This document shows positions 23,674 through 36,942 of a DNA stretch of 64,000 bases, piece by piece. The notes under the pieces were generated by a model, which saw only the letters and a list, made by a program, of their open reading frames with translations, made no database searches and had not been told where the DNA came from. The stretch covers positions 30,566,001 through 30,630,000 of the forward strand of contig NC_135901.1 of assembly GCF_964194155.1 (NCBI RefSeq). The letters are read 5' to 3'. The translations under genes were made by a program, and so were the position numbers. How positions within the stretch are numbered: the stretch's first letter is position 1; every line of letters starts with the position of its first letter. This stretch comes from Cetorhinus maximus. Taxonomy: Eukaryota.

Positions 23674-23949
23674 TCACATCCAGGACTGAGCCATGTTCAG
23701 TCTGACAGTTGGTGAAGTGGGAGGGTTGGAGGGTTTCTTTCTGTTGGACTGGCCAGTCTCACATCTTTGTTTCCAAGCTGCTGATGTATTTTGAGCTTTG
23801 TTAATAGAATGCAGTTTCAAATTTTGTATGGATCACCGAAGCAAAGGGTGTTTTTAAGGTAAAAGGTAGGTACCTTTCATTTCTGTTTGGAACGTCCCAA
23901 AAAATGCCACGTTGCCATGGAGATGGACTGTGGGGTTTTGAAGGATCTT

Positions 23950-24765
23950 ATAAACATATACGAACTTACGAATTAGGAGCAGGAGTAGGCCACTCAGCCC
24001 CTCGAGCCTGCTCCACTATTCAATAATATCATGGCTGATCTGAATGTAACCTCAACGTCATGCTCCTGCCTATCCCTGATAGCCTTTCGCCCCCTTGTTA
24101 ATCAAGAATCTATCTAGCTGTGCCTTAAAAATATTGAAAGACTCTGCTTCCACCACCTTTCGAGGAAGAGAGTTCCAAAGACTCTCGACTCTCTGAGAGA
24201 AAACATTTCTCCTCATCTCTGTCTTAATTGAGCGACCCCTTATTTTTAAACTGTGACCACTAGTACTTGATTCTCCCACAAAAGGAAACACCCTCTCCAC
24301 ATCCACTTTGTCGAGACCCCTCAGGATCTTAAAGGTTTCAAGTACGTCACCTCTTACTCTTCTAAATTCCAGTGGATACAAGCCTAACCTGTCCAGCCTT
24401 CACCCATAAGACAACCCGCCCATTCCTGGTATTAGCCCAGTAAACCTTCTCTAAACTGCTTCTAACGCATTTACATCTTTCTTTAAATAAGGACACTAGT
24501 ACTGCACACAATACTCCAGATGTGGTCTCACCAATACCCTGTACAACTGAAGCATAACCTCCCTAATTTTGTATTCAATTCCCCTCTCAATAAATAATAA
24601 CATTCTATTAGCTTTCCCATTACCTACAGACTAACCTTTTGTGATTCATGCACTAGGACACCCAGATCCTCTGAATCTCAGATCTCTGCAATCTCTCACC
24701 TTTTAGATAATAAGCTTCTTTTTTATTCTTCCTGCCAAAATGAACGATTCCATATTTGCCCACAT
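23950..24765 (-). mobile_element. CR1 3' portion
   Basis: ORF 24070..24381 LEFRRVRGD..FKILRGLDKVD..FSQRV..LWNSLP; same tail type as 8945. Confidence 0.85.
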
Positions 24766-25582
24766 CAGATCTTGTTGAATTTATCTGGGTGTTTCTCACA
24801 GAAAGCAGTTACAAAATTGGTTGCATCGTTTGCAGTTAATTTGGAGTTGTTGAGGGGAAAAGAAGCTGAAAGATCTGCCCACTTTGGAGCTAGAGGAGGA
24901 AAACTACAGTGACCCTTCCGGTGAAAGTCTTCCGGGCGTACGAAATCGGAGCAGAAGTCAGCCACCCAGCTCCTCGAGCCTGCTTCGCCTTTCAATATGG
25001 TCATGGCTGATCTGTTTGTGTTTCAAGTTCCACATTCCCGTTGTGTAGCAGAAAGCAGTCAGCTTGAACATTCAGCTTGGAAAGACCAGTGAATAAGCTG
25101 TGGGCGCAGGCTGGGAAAAGCAGTCAGACTGTCCAAAGTCAGGGCCAGAAGGCAGTGAGGCTCAAGCTTGAGCAGAGGAACTCACAGTTGTGAGGCCTTA
25201 AAGAAAGGTTGGAGGGTCAATTATCCAAAAGCTCATGGAAAGATGTCGAGGGATCCTTGGATGTCAAAGAGTAGCTGGAACACTGAGGAAAAATCAAAGT
25301 GAATTCCAGAGGGCTGTGGCATATTTTTAGGTTCATCCCAGGAAAGGTAAATGAACCTTCAGGATCTCATAGGGAACTCTTGGGTGGAACTTAAATGTAA
25401 AACGGACTTTACAACTGAAGTAATTACACAATATAGTGTTAGGTTAGTTGTGCTTAGTTTCTTTTTTTTAATCTACATTAAAGTTTGTGTCAAGCGTGGA
25501 AACTTATGATGTAGTTCTTTCAGTTCATTACTGGATTCCGATTTCTCTTGAAACATTGACAGTCCCTATCAGGATCCTTACA
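24766..25582. repeat. LTR-like repeat related to 49610-50423
   Basis: Shared block tgaggccttaaag..tagctggaa(c/t)actgaggaaaa..aaagtgaattc in both places; both end ..aca. Confidence 0.5.
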
Positions 25583-25729
25583 GGGAGTACACTACAGTCA
25601 CTACACTTGAGAAAGTGTTTCATTGTCAGTGAAACGCATTGAGAGGCCCTGAGGTGGTAAAAGGAGCTGTATAAATGCAAGTTTTTTTTTAAATCGACAA
25701 GCTCCTATCCTTACAGGCAGATCATCCAT

Positions 25730-26310
25730 ATGAGCATATGAATTAGGAGCAGGAATAGGCCATTCGGCCCCTCAAGCCTGCTGCTCCATTCACTAAGATC
25801 GTGACTGATCTGACTGCGGTCTCAACTCCACATTCCACCTTTCCCCGACAACCTTTGACTCCCTTGTTAGTCAAGAATATATCTATCTCTGCCTAAAAAA
25901 TATTCATTCACCCTAGATCCATCATTACCTGGGGAGGAGAGTTCCAAAGACTCACAACCCTCTGAGAGAAAACAATTCTTCTCATCTCCATCTTAAATGG
26001 GAGACCCTTATTTTTAAACAATGTCCCCTAGTTCTAGTCTCTCCCACAGGGGAAACTTCCTTTCAGCATCCACCCTGTTAAGTCCCCTCAGGATCTTACG
26101 AGGTTTCAATAAGGTCACCTCCCATTCTTCTAAACTCCAGTGGATAAAGGCCCAGCCTGTCAAACCTTGCCTCCTCAGATAACCCACCCATCCCAGGTAT
26201 CAGTCGAGTGAACCTCCTCTGAACAGCTTCTAAAGTATTTACCCTTTCTGATATAAGGTGACCAGAACATAACACAATACTCTAGATGTGGTCTCACAAC
26301 GCCATGTACA
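25730..26310 (-). mobile_element. CR1 3' end
   Basis: Homologous to 23960-24545. Confidence 0.8.
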
Positions 26311-27398
26311 TCAGGAGCATGAACCAGCACGAGCCAGCTGACTGGGAAGCAGGAACTCCCAGCGTGGACCGAGGCTGCTTCCCTTCAGAGGCCACTGAAT
26401 CCATTGTGGGAAGTGGCCATTTAAAGAGGGTACCTTGACTTGCTGGTCTGAGAATCCAGCCCTTTTCCCCCTGTGTAATGCTGGCTGAGAATAGACATCG
26501 GGGCTGCTCAATGTACTGAAAGTGATTTGCTTTTGTTCTCTTTGTCTGAAACTAAACTGGAAGGAAAGGGATAAAATTCTGAAACGTCACAAAGAGAATT
26601 CCAGATAGTATTGACGTCACTGTACATATTACAGACACACATTTATTTATCTGTCATCACAGAGTCTCACAGCACAGAAGGAGGCCATTTGGTCCATCAT
26701 GCCTGTGCTGGCTCTTTGACAGAGCCACTCAATTAGCCCCACTATCCTGCCCTTTCCCCATGAGCCCTGCAAACTAGTCCACTTCCAGGATTTATCTTAA
26801 TTCCCTTTATTGAATCTGCTTCCACCAGCCTTTCAGGCAGTGCATTCCAGATCACAACACCTCACTGTGCAAAGATTTATCTTCCTCATTTCCCTCTGGC
26901 TTTTGTGTCAATCACCTTCAATCTGTGGCCTCTGGTCAGTGGAAACAGTTTCTCTTTATTTACTCAATGTAAACCATTCATGATCTTGTGAGGAACCGGT
27001 TTTTGGACAATTTGAAGAACATTGAATTTTGGACATTCTCCCTCCTGAGTTATTTTTTAAATCTGCCATATTAACTCAGGGTTGAGAAAGTGCCATTCTT
27101 CAATAAACCACGGGTGAATTGAGATGTCCAGCAGGAACGTTTGGAGAGGGAAGAGATACTTTGTATATCTAAATTAACAAAGAACCACTGTTGCCAGGCT
27201 AAAGACTCTTGCTGATTGGTTAAAAACCCCTGGCCTAAGAGAAGTATTCTTTGAACATCTTAGTCCTTTAGAACCCTCAGTCTGAGAGTGTGTGTGTGCC
27301 CTAGAATCAGGCTGCAAAAAATACTCTGTCTTTCCCTCTCTTTGCCCCACCTTTGTCTAAAACCTGCCTCAAAAATGTCCCATCAGGATAATTTGTCT

Positions 27399-28288
27399 CA
27401 ACAAAAACAAAAATACCTGGAAAAACTCAGCAGGTCTGACAGCATCTGCGGAGAGGGATACAGTTGACCTTTCGAGTCCGAATGACCCTTCATCAGAACT
27501 AAGAAATATAGAAATGAGATGAAATATAAGTTAGTAGAGGGGGGTGGGACAGGGAGAGCTCAATAGGGGGCCAGTGATAGGTGGAGGCCAAGGAGAGACT
27601 GCCAAAGATGTCATAGACAGAAGGACAAAGGGTGTTGACAGTGGTGATATTATCTAAAGGATGTGCTAATGGGAACATTAAGGGTAGCAAGCAGGACAAG
27701 CTAGTGGCAGATGGCCCTACGTGGGGGTGGGGTGGGGGGAAGGGATCGAAATGAGCTAAAAGGCAGAGATGAAACAATGGATTGAAATAAATTTAAAAAT
27801 AGATGGGAAAAGAAAACATTTATTCAAATTTACTTTTCTTTTCCCACCTATTTTTAAATTTATTTCAATCTATTGTTTCATCTCCACCTTTTAGCCCATT
27901 TCGATCCCTTCCCCCCACCCCACCCCCACTAGAGCCATCTGCCACTAGCTTGTCCTGCTTGCTACCCTTAATGTCCCTATTAGCACATCCTTTAGATAAC
28001 ATCACCACCATCAACACCCCTTTGTCCATTTGTCTATGACATCTTTGGCAGTCTCTTCTTAGCCTCCACCTTTCACTGGCCCCCTATTGAGCTCTACCTG
28101 TCCCACCCCCCTCTACCAGCTTATATTTCATCTCATTTCTATATTTCTTAGTTCTGATGAAGGGTCATTCGGACTCAAAACGTCAACCGTATCTCTCTCC
28201 GCAGATGCTGTGAGACCTGCTGAGTTTTTCCAGGTATTTTTGATTTTGTTCTAGATTTCCAGCATCCGCAGTATTTTGCTTTTATCTT
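27399..28288. mobile_element. Penelope-derived ~890-bp palindrome with 14-bp TSD
   Basis: 27400-27815 is the reverse complement of ~27833-28250. aggataatttgtct occurs at 27385-27398 and 28289-28302. Confidence 0.92.
27462..27500 (-). ncRNA. Minimal type I hammerhead ribozyme motif in the Penelope terminus
   Basis: AGTT-CTGATGA-A-GGGTC-attcg-GACTC-GAAA-GGTC-AACT. The mirror copy at 28150-28188 (+) has GAAA changed to AAAA. Confidence 0.7.
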
Positions 28289-29769
28289 AGGATAATTTGT
28301 CTGTTTTTCTAAGGTCTGCAGAGTTGTGACAAATCAGAGTCATCAAGGACAGCCTAACCAAAAAATCCGTCTGAAGGAACCTCCAGAAGTTTTGTGACCA
28401 GAATTCTGTTAGATCAACAGTGTTGTGATCTCTTCAAATGTTATCCTTTTAAAAGAAACTTTCTCATACTCCAGCCTCTCCAGGGGACTGTGTTTGTTTT
28501 GTCATGTTTTGTGTGTGTGTGTGTATCTGTATGGGGGTTCGAATATATTTTTTTCAAAAAGGGGAAAATCATTGCCCTTCTAAACTACAAGTTTAATGTT
28601 AACCAGTTCATTCACTTGTCTTTAAAAAGTAGGTTGTTTTATAATAATTCAATCTTTTGTGTTTACTGAAAGAAGCCTGGTTAGATTTTTTTTGGCTTGG
28701 AATAACGGTATCAAAGGGTAACAGTTGACCTGTTTTGTGGGTGAATTAAATATTTGAACTAGGACCTGTGAAGATGTGGGGCTAGAATTAACTGTGAAAT
28801 CCTCCCATCTCGCTCCGTAACATTGTCTAAACTCAGCTAAAAAGAAAGATCCTGAACAGTCCAATTGTTCTGCTTCATGGAACAATGTACGGAAAGGATT
28901 GAATTCAATAAAACTAACCTAGTAACAACAATGACTAATTGCCTAATGACAACAGGCCTGATTCGAGACGAGTTCATATTAATTCAGGCGTTAAAAGTGG
29001 GTTTCAAGAACCATCTTGGGTTTGCGAGTTTGACTCTATTAGCGGAGGTACTGAGGGACCTCTGGAGCAGGATTGTGAGAAATTACTGTTGGTTCAGAAA
29101 CCTGAGGAAGGTTCACATTCATACCTGGGGTGGTCGCCCAATTGAGGTGGGGAAAGTCGCTCGTGTAATTCGAAAGTAAACCTTTTTCTTTTAAATAAAT
29201 ATTAATATTATTTGCTACTTCAGAGTCTGTTCTTGCCTGATGCTTAAGTCTCCTTTGAACTAAAGTATCTTAGAGGGCCAATTTGGAATTGAGAAATTAG
29301 ATGCCTGCAACCAAATTAAACTGAGCCTAAATTTTAATGATACACCCCTTTTAAAATGACAGAGGTCGTCAAGAAGGTGCAAGAAAGATTGACAAGGATC
29401 ATACCATAACCAAGAGTGTTTAAGTTACAGGATAGAGTGAACAGGCTGGGGAAGCCAAGGCTGAGGGTTGACCTGATAAAGGACTTCAAGATTATGAATG
29501 GGTGCAACAGGATTGACGTTATCATGTCATCACTGTCAATACAGGATAGAAATTCAGAAGTGACAGTACTAATTATCAGAAAACATATTTCTCCCCCTTC
29601 AAATTATAAATACCTGCCACTCCCCCAATGCAAGCCCTCCTCCCCATTGATTGAAACACTAATTCACCCTACTATCCTCATCCTGCTTTTTCCCCAATTC
29701 TCCTCCCCTGAAGCTGCTGACTCTTGGGTTCAGTTTCACGCTCACCTATTACCCTCCCCAATATATTAC

Positions 29770-30290
29770 CCAGATGTCTAAATCTTTACACCTGAAGTTA
29801 ACAAACTGTTTTGCTAAGGGAACGTGACAATCAAATCCAGTGACTACCCACATGTACTTTGTGTCAGGGTGAGGTCACTGCGCCCCCCACCCCCACTTTC
29901 CAACTCAGTTCCAGGAGATTGGAGCTGGGCTCCGGGTGAATAATGGCAGCCGCAACTCCCACAATCCCCCGCGCTGGGGAAACAGCTCTATTCGCTTGGC
30001 GGGCGGCCCGGGACTGCGCATGTCCGAGGGAGAGGGGAAGCTGCGCATGGGCAGAAAATGGCGTTTCCCATTGGCTAACCGCACAATTCATCATGGGGGT
30101 CAAAGGGTCTCCCGCGCCAACGAAGGCTTCCGTTGTACCATTGACTTCATTTGGGAGATTGACCAATGGGGAGAGTGGTCGGACCGGAAGGACTCTTTGT
30201 CCTCCAGCCAATCAGAGCGCGGGCTTTGTGCGAATGAAGATTGAGCTTCACACAGACTAAAACTTCCTCCTGTGTCCAACATCTGTGAGT
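29770..30290 (+). promoter_or_regulatory. ZNF cassette promoter and exon 1 (gene 5)
   Basis: ZNF143-like 29955-29973, TGCGCATG 30015 and 30042, YY1-like AAAATGGCG 30055, CCAAT 30163 and 30208, ACCGGAAG 30183. Donor 30285, acceptor ending 32153. Confidence 0.75.
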
Positions 30291-30594
30291 AAAACACTTT
30301 CTTTTCTCCCCCTTTCCATTTCTTTTCTCATTCTGGGGGGAAATTGTTGACTTGCAGGAACTGAAGGGAAAGGAAGTGAATCCAGGGAGGGTGCAGACTC
30401 TGGAAAGGTTGGCCCAGGTCTCTCTCTCTCTCTCTTAAAGACATTGACATCCTTTGCTCCCTCAGCTTGACACATTTATTTGTCTGGCTAAAAGGATGGT
30501 CTCTTTCCTCATGTTCACAATTAAAGGAGTGGTTTCCCCAGCAGATGGCTGACATTTCAGGGGACAGTGAATTAATATTGGACAAAGATATATC

Positions 30595-31575
30595 CAGAAC
30601 AAAAACAAAAATACCTGGAGAAACTCAGCAGATCTGGTAGCATCTGCGGAGACGAACACAGTTAACGTTTCGAGTCCGAATGACCCTTCAACAGAACTAA
30701 GTAAAAATAGAAGAGAGGTGAAATATAAGCTGGTTTAAATTGGGGGGTGGGGCAGGTAGAGCTGGATAGAGGGCCAGTGATAGGTGGAGATAACCAAAAG
30801 ATGTCACAGACAAAAGGACAAAGAGGTGTTGAAGGTGGTGATATTATCTAAGGAATGTGCTAATTAAGGGTAGAAAGCAGGACAAGCAAGGTACAGATAG
30901 CCCTAGAGGCTAAAAGGTAGAGATAAAACAATGGATGGAAATACATTTAAAAATAATGGAAGTAGGTGGGAAAAGAAAAATCTATATAAATTATTGGGAA
31001 GAAAAAAAAAGGGGGGGGATCGGAAAGGGGGTGGGGATGGAGGAGAGAGTTCATGATCTAAAATTGTTGAACTCAATATTCAGTCCGGAAGGCTGTAAAG
31101 TGCCTAGTCGGAAGATGAGGTGCTGTTCCTCCAGTTTGCGTTGGGCTTCACTGGAACAATGCAGCAAGCCAAGGATGGACATGTGGGCATGAGAGCAGGG
31201 TGGAGTGTTGAAATGGCAAGTGACAGGGAGGTCTGGGTAATGCTTGCGGACAGACCGAAGGTGTTTGGTCTCTCCAATGTAGAAGAAACCGCATTGGGAG
31301 CAACGAATGCAGTAGACTAAATTGAGGGAAGTGCAAGTGAAATGCTGCTTCACTTGAAAGGAGTGTTTGGGCCCTTGGACGGTGAGGAGAGGGGAAGTCA
31401 AGGGGCAGGTGTTGCACCTTCTGTGGTTGCATGTGAAGGCGCCGTTGGAGGGGGTTGAGGTATAGGGGGTGATGGAGTAGTGAACCAGGATGTCCCGGAG
31501 GGAACGATCCCTGCGGAATGCTGCCAGGGGGCGTGAAGGGAAGATGTGTTTGGTTGTGGCATCATGCTGGAGTGG
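30595..31575 (-). mobile_element. Penelope-like element 3' part (GIY-YIG endonuclease) in an intron
   Basis: ORF 31051..31401 NLVYCIRCSQCGFFYIGETK..GLNIEFNNFRS. Confidence 0.92.
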
Positions 31576-32510
31576 GATATATCTAGTGTTGTTATATGAT
31601 ACATATTAGCTATATTATCAATGGTTCTGTAATAATGTTTGTTTATTATTATTTCTAGTCTTGTTATATAGTCCTATAACTACATTATATATTGCCAGTC
31701 ATAGAGTCATTATGACACAGAAGGAGTCCACTTAGCAGCTCGAGTAGGTGCCAACTCTCTGTCGAGCAATCCAGTCAGTCCCATTCCCCCTCTATATCCC
31801 CATTCCCCTGCAAGTTTATTCCCTTCAATTTCATTCTGAAATTAATGACTCTCTCCGCTTCCACCACCCTTATAGGCAGTGAGTTCCAGGGCATCATCAC
31901 TGGCTGTCGAAATAGATTTTTCCCTCACAGCTTCATGTATCTCTAATCATGTAATGGAGTACTGTGTGTTGCACACATGTTAATGCAGTACTATTGGGTG
32001 TATGTTAGATACTGCAGAGTGAGAATTGAGAGGGAGTGTGTGGGATGGGGATGTACAGTTTTGCGGAACGAGTGCACCATAGAAACTAGAATTGTCTGTT
32101 CTGAATTTCTATCCTGTACTGGCAGTGATGACTTTTGTGATCTCCTTTTACAGGATATTAGAAGGAAAGGATCTGCAGACAGAAACATCACATCATAACA
32201 TCACATCAAGATCTGACGCAGTCACTCGATTCATGGGACTTAACTATCACTGGCCTTTGAACCTGGAAAGAGGAATATTTGTCTTTTCTGTTTGCTTCAA
32301 GAGATTTTAAATATCAGTGTGACTGGAAAAGTACCAACACACACGCCCGAGTGAGAGTGTTTCCAGTGCACTGACTGTGAAAAGAGCTTTAACCAGTTAC
32401 ACAGCCTGAAAAAATACCACACCATTCACAGTGAGGAGAGACCGTGCATGTGTTCTGTGTGAGGACAAGGCTTCAACAGATCACTGAACCTGGAGAGACT
32501 CACGGACACC

Positions 32511-33098
32511 ATGGAGAAACCATGGAAATGTGGGGACTGTGGGAAGGGATTCAAATACCCTTCTCACCTGGAAATTCATTGGCGCAGTCACAGTGGGGAG
32601 AGGCCGTTCATCTGCTCTGTTTGTGCGAAGGGATTCAGTCGGTTATCGTCCTTGGAATCACACCAGCGACTTCACACCGGGGAGAGGCCTTTCACCTGCT
32701 CTGAGTGTGGGAAGGGATTCACTGATTCGTCCAACCTGCAAACACACAAGCGAGTTCACACCGGGGAGAGGCCGTTCACCTGCTCTGTGTGTGGCAAGGG
32801 CTTCATACAGTTATCCCACCTGCAGGGACACCAGCGAGTTCACACTGGGGAGAGACCATTCACCTGCTCCGAGTGTGGTAAAGGATTCACTCATTCATCC
32901 CACCTGCAGACACACAAGCGAGTTCACACTGGGGAGAGACCGTTCTTCTGTTCTGAATGTGGGAGGCGATTCAGTCATTCATCTGATCTCCGAAAACACA
33001 AGCGTATTCACACCGGGGAGAGGCCGTTCACCTGCTCTGAGTGTGGGAAGGGATTCACTCAGTCATCCCACCTGCAGCGACACCAAGTTCACAACTGA
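32511..33098 (+). CDS. C2H2 zinc-finger protein, 6 intact plus 1 imperfect finger (gene 5)
   Basis: caccATGG start, [16 protein letters not shown] linkers, conserved 3' UTR with AATAAA at ~33367. Confidence 0.88.
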   Translation: MEKPWKCGDCGKGFKYPSHLEIHWRSHSGERPFICSVCAKGFSRLSSLESHQRLHTGERPFTCSECGKGFTDSSNLQTHKRVHTGERPFTCSVCGKGFIQLSHLQGHQRVHTGERPFTCSECGKGFTHSSHLQTHKRVHTGERPFFCSECGRRFSHSSDLRKHKRIHTGERPFTCSECGKGFTQSSHLQRHQVHN

Positions 33099-33379
33099 TT
33101 CCAGGGGTCGGATTCTGCTGTTATTGCTGCTGTTAATCACATCCAGGACTGAACCATGTTCATTCTGACACTTGGTGAAGTGGGAGGGTCGGAGGGTTTC
33201 TTTTCTGCTGGACTGGCTGGTCTCACGACTTTGCTTCCAGTGGCTGATGCTGTTTGAGCCTGGGAGAGCACATTTCCACTGAAATGATCCACAAAAGCTG
33301 ATGAAAATACATTTATTTTATTCTGGATAATAAGTAGTTTTTGCTTACCACTACAGGTAGATCTAAAATAAATACAGAG

Positions 33380-33980
33380 TGTGCAGGAAAAACTCAGCAG
33401 GTCTGGCAGCATCTTTGGAGAGAGAAACAGAGTTAACGTTTCGAGTCCAATATGACTCTTCCTCAGAATTTCAGAGAGGGAGAAATGTGATGGGTTTGAT
33501 ACTGTTGAGAAATGGGGGAGGGTCAGGTAGAACAAAAGGGAAAGTCAGGGATTGGTTAGAGGGCAGGCGAGATTAAATAACAAAAATGTCATGGAACAAA
33601 AGACAAAGGGAGAGGTAATGGTTGTAGTAAAGAAACAAAGCCTTGGTCCAGAGTAAGTGTTAATGGCAGAATAAAGGACAGCTCTGTCTCAAAGCAAAAG
33701 CATGAAAACAAGATGCAGACTGGCACTTGGCCAAAAAAAAATCAAAACAGGACAGAGTTGACGGTCTGAAGTTGTTGAACTCAATGTTGAGTCCAGAAGG
33801 CTGTAAAGTGCCTCATCGGAGGATGAGGTGCTGTTCGTCCAGCTTGTGTTGGGCTTCTCGGGAACATTGCAGCAGGCCGAGGACAGAAATGTGAGCATGA
33901 GAGCAAGGTGGTGAATTATAATGGCAGCAACTGGAAGGTCAGGGTCATGCTTGTGGACTGAGCGGAGGTGTTCCACAAAG
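33380..33980 (-). mobile_element. Older Penelope-like 3' fragment, partly shared with the 3' flank of gene 2 (11295-11440)
   Basis: EHLRSVHKHDPDLPVA.. remnant; terminus with hammerhead core CTGAGGA..GAAACGTT. Confidence 0.8.
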
Positions 33981-34734
33981 AGGGCAGCAAACAGGGGACA
34001 GATGAATTAAAGAGAAACCATTTGGGTTGAGAACATTGTGCACATCCTTTTACTCTGGTTGTCTTTGATCCTCAAGTAATTTTCTGTTTTTTTAACCATG
34101 TCCTGCTTCATGAATAAACTTTTATCAGTAAAAATATTTGATTTTTCTGAATTTTTCAGGATTAGATTTATGCACTTTAGGGAAAGTGGGTGAGAGGGGT
34201 TGGCAGGCTCTTTAACAGAAAGTGAGTCCCTCTAAGGTAATTGGCAAAGGAGCCAGAGGGGGAGATGAGATTTTATTTTTTGACACAGCGAGTTGTTCTG
34301 ATCTGCCTGAAAGCAGATTCAATAGTATCTTTCCAAAGGGTAAATACTTGAAAGGGAAGTATTTTCAGGGCTGTGGGGAAAGAGCAGAGCAGTTTGATGA
34401 ATCAGAGAGTCCTTTCAAAGAGATGGCAGGGGCACGATGGGCCAAATGGACTCTTGCAGCCTGTGAATCTGAGCCTCCTGCTTTTGTGCAGGTTAAAAGG
34501 GACAGATTTCATTTCAGCCTCTTCCCCGTATCTGTATTTAAAGAGACGGGTTTCTGTTCAGCTCTGAGTGACTAATAGAACAATGTCTCCACCCTCTGTA
34601 TATTTAAACATGGAACAAAGCCTTGCATGGCCGATTATAGTCAACAGCCTTCCTGTAGCCCTCTCTGGACACAGCAAGAAAGTGTTTGACTGCTTAACAA
34701 TAGCGGCGTCCCCTGAAAATAATTCAAACACCAC

Positions 34735-35110
34735 AGCAAAAACAACCTGCATTTATATAGCACCTTTAATGGAGTAAAACTTCCCGGGGAGCTTCACAGG
34801 AGCGATTATCAAACCAAATCTGACACTGAGCCACATAAAGAGATATTAGCTCAGGTGACTTCAAAGCTCGGACAAAGAGGCAGGTTTTAAGGAGACTCTT
34901 AAAGGAGGAAAGTGAGGTAGGGAGTCGGAGATATTTAAGGAGGGAATTCCTGAGCTTGGGACACAAGCAGCTGAAGACACGGCCGACAATGGTGGAGCGA
35001 TTAAAATCAGGGATACTCCAGAATGAGAGGAGCACAGATATTTCAGAGGGTTGTAGGGATGGAGGAGATTACAGAGATGGGGAGGGGCGAGATCATGGAG
35101 GGATTTGAAA
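34735..35110 (-). mobile_element. L2-like LINE 3' end
   Basis: ORF 34766..35035 FNRSTI.GR.FSCL.PKL.NSL..LR..TSLSSFKSLLKT.LF; tail ggtgctatataaatgcaggttgtt. Confidence 0.7.
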
Positions 35111-35169
35111 AGAATGGGCCCGATTTTAACTCATTCAAAATCCCATTCACTTTTACAGAGGTAAAATCG

Positions 35170-35865
35170 GGCCAATCGAGTCTGCACCGACACGTGAGAA
35201 ACACCTGACCTACCTACCTACCTAATCCCATTTACCAGCACTTGGCCCAAAGCCTTGAATGTTATGATGTGCCAAGTGCTCATCCAGGTACTTTTTACAG
35301 GATGTGAGGCAACCCGCCTCCACCACCCTCCCAGGCAGTGCATTCCAGACCGTCACCACCCTCTGGGTAAAAAAGTTTTTCCTCACATCCACCCTAAACC
35401 TCCTGCCCCTCACCTTGAACTTGTGTCCCCTTGTGACTGACCCTTCAACTAAGGGGAACAGCTGTTCCCTATCCACCCTGTCCATGCACCTCATAATCTT
35501 GTACACCTCGATCAGGTCACCCCTCAGTCTTCTCTGCTCCAACGAAAACAACCCAAGTCTATCCAACCTCTCTTCATAACTTAAGTGTTTCATCCCAGGC
35601 AACATCCTGGTGAATCTCCTCTGCAGCCCCTCCAGTGCAAACACATCCTTCCTATAAAGTGGCGACCAGAACTGCACATAGTACTCCAGCTGTGGCCTCT
35701 GTGGCCTGGTTCTATACAACTCCAACATGACCTCCCTACTTTTGTAATCTATACATCGATTGATAAAGGCAAGTGGCCCATTTGCCTTTTTCACCACCCC
35801 ACTAACATGCCCCTCTGCCTTCAGAGATCTATGGACACACACGCCAAGGTCCCTTTGTTCCTCAG
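35170..35865 (-). mobile_element. CR1 3' portion
   Basis: ORF 35222..35953 EQRDLGV..LEQRRLRGDLIEVYKI..FFTQRVV.VWNALP; (ggta)n near the end. Confidence 0.92.
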
Positions 35866-36942
35866 AAATCCAAGCATTGGTTGAGTGGGAGCCAATGTCA
35901 GTCAGTGAGCACAGGGGGTGATAGGTGAATGGACTGAGTGTGAGCGGGGACACTTTATTTGCAGATTAACACAGTAAGCACTGTACTTGAATCAATATTA
36001 TTAATGGATGGAATTGAATCAATTAGGGGTCAAATTAACGATATCACGATAACCCAGCATCAGCTCGGTCTGCTTAATACAGAACAGGGTTACACCCAGT
36101 GTCCAATATTAGAGGCGGCTGTGGCTGTTGGACGCCTAGTTTCACTGTCCAGCTGACAAGCCCACAGCTTCGGAGAACGAGTCTACCCAGGGTATGTTTC
36201 TAAAGCCTCCTCACAACACATTGCCTGGTTAGCTCCCAGCTGAGAGAATTCTTGCTGCGTTTCAGGATGCTCTCTTCCTTCTGGCTTGGTCAGTTGTGGG
36301 GGATCTGCCTCCTGCTGGGTTCACGTGTGTGTTCATTGGGCTCTGGTTCCCCGGCCCCATCCCCACTCTAATCTCACCGGCTTCCATCCCTCATCGACCC
36401 AACCCTGTGCAGAGTGCAGCAAAGACAGGAGCACGGAGTGGAGGTGGCGATCAGCCATGAGCTGACTGAGTGGCAGAGGAGGTCCCCTTCCTAATCTTCC
36501 CAGGCTGCGTGTTTTAATGGGGACTGGGTCCTGTTCTAATGTTTGTCTCTCCATCTCCTCTCAAAGACTTGACTGGGTTTACATAAAGCTTTCCCATCTC
36601 AGATACACATCAAACCCATTTCATCCCCATTTTATTGACCTGATCCAGGCTCGACTTGCTCATGAACTAAACCCTTTCTTACCTTCCAGGTCTGAATAAA
36701 AAACAGCGGACGTGTCAGATTAAACTGGCTTTCCTTTGGGTCCCTCCCAGCCATTGGTTCTCTTACCCAGATATCAAAACAGAATTGGATGGGCACTTGA
36801 GGGAAATAAACTTGCAAGGGTGCAGGGTTAGAACTGGAGAATGGGGCTGACTATATTGTTAAAAAGAGGGTCAGCATGGACTAGATGGGTGGAATGGCCT
36901 CCTTCTCTGCCCTAATGACTCTATGACTCTCGTTCTGATTCC

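Larger units (their letters stand above)
26987..28822 (+). mobile_element. Probable solo LTR split by a Penelope palindrome
   Basis: Begins tgtgag, ends cgtaaca; non-coding; no clear TSD. Confidence 0.45.

Noticed and set aside
32530-33168. Long alternative-frame ORFs over ZNF arrays (also 52729..53343 and 46874..47161)
   Set aside because: Shadow frames produced by the 84-bp repeat codon pattern.
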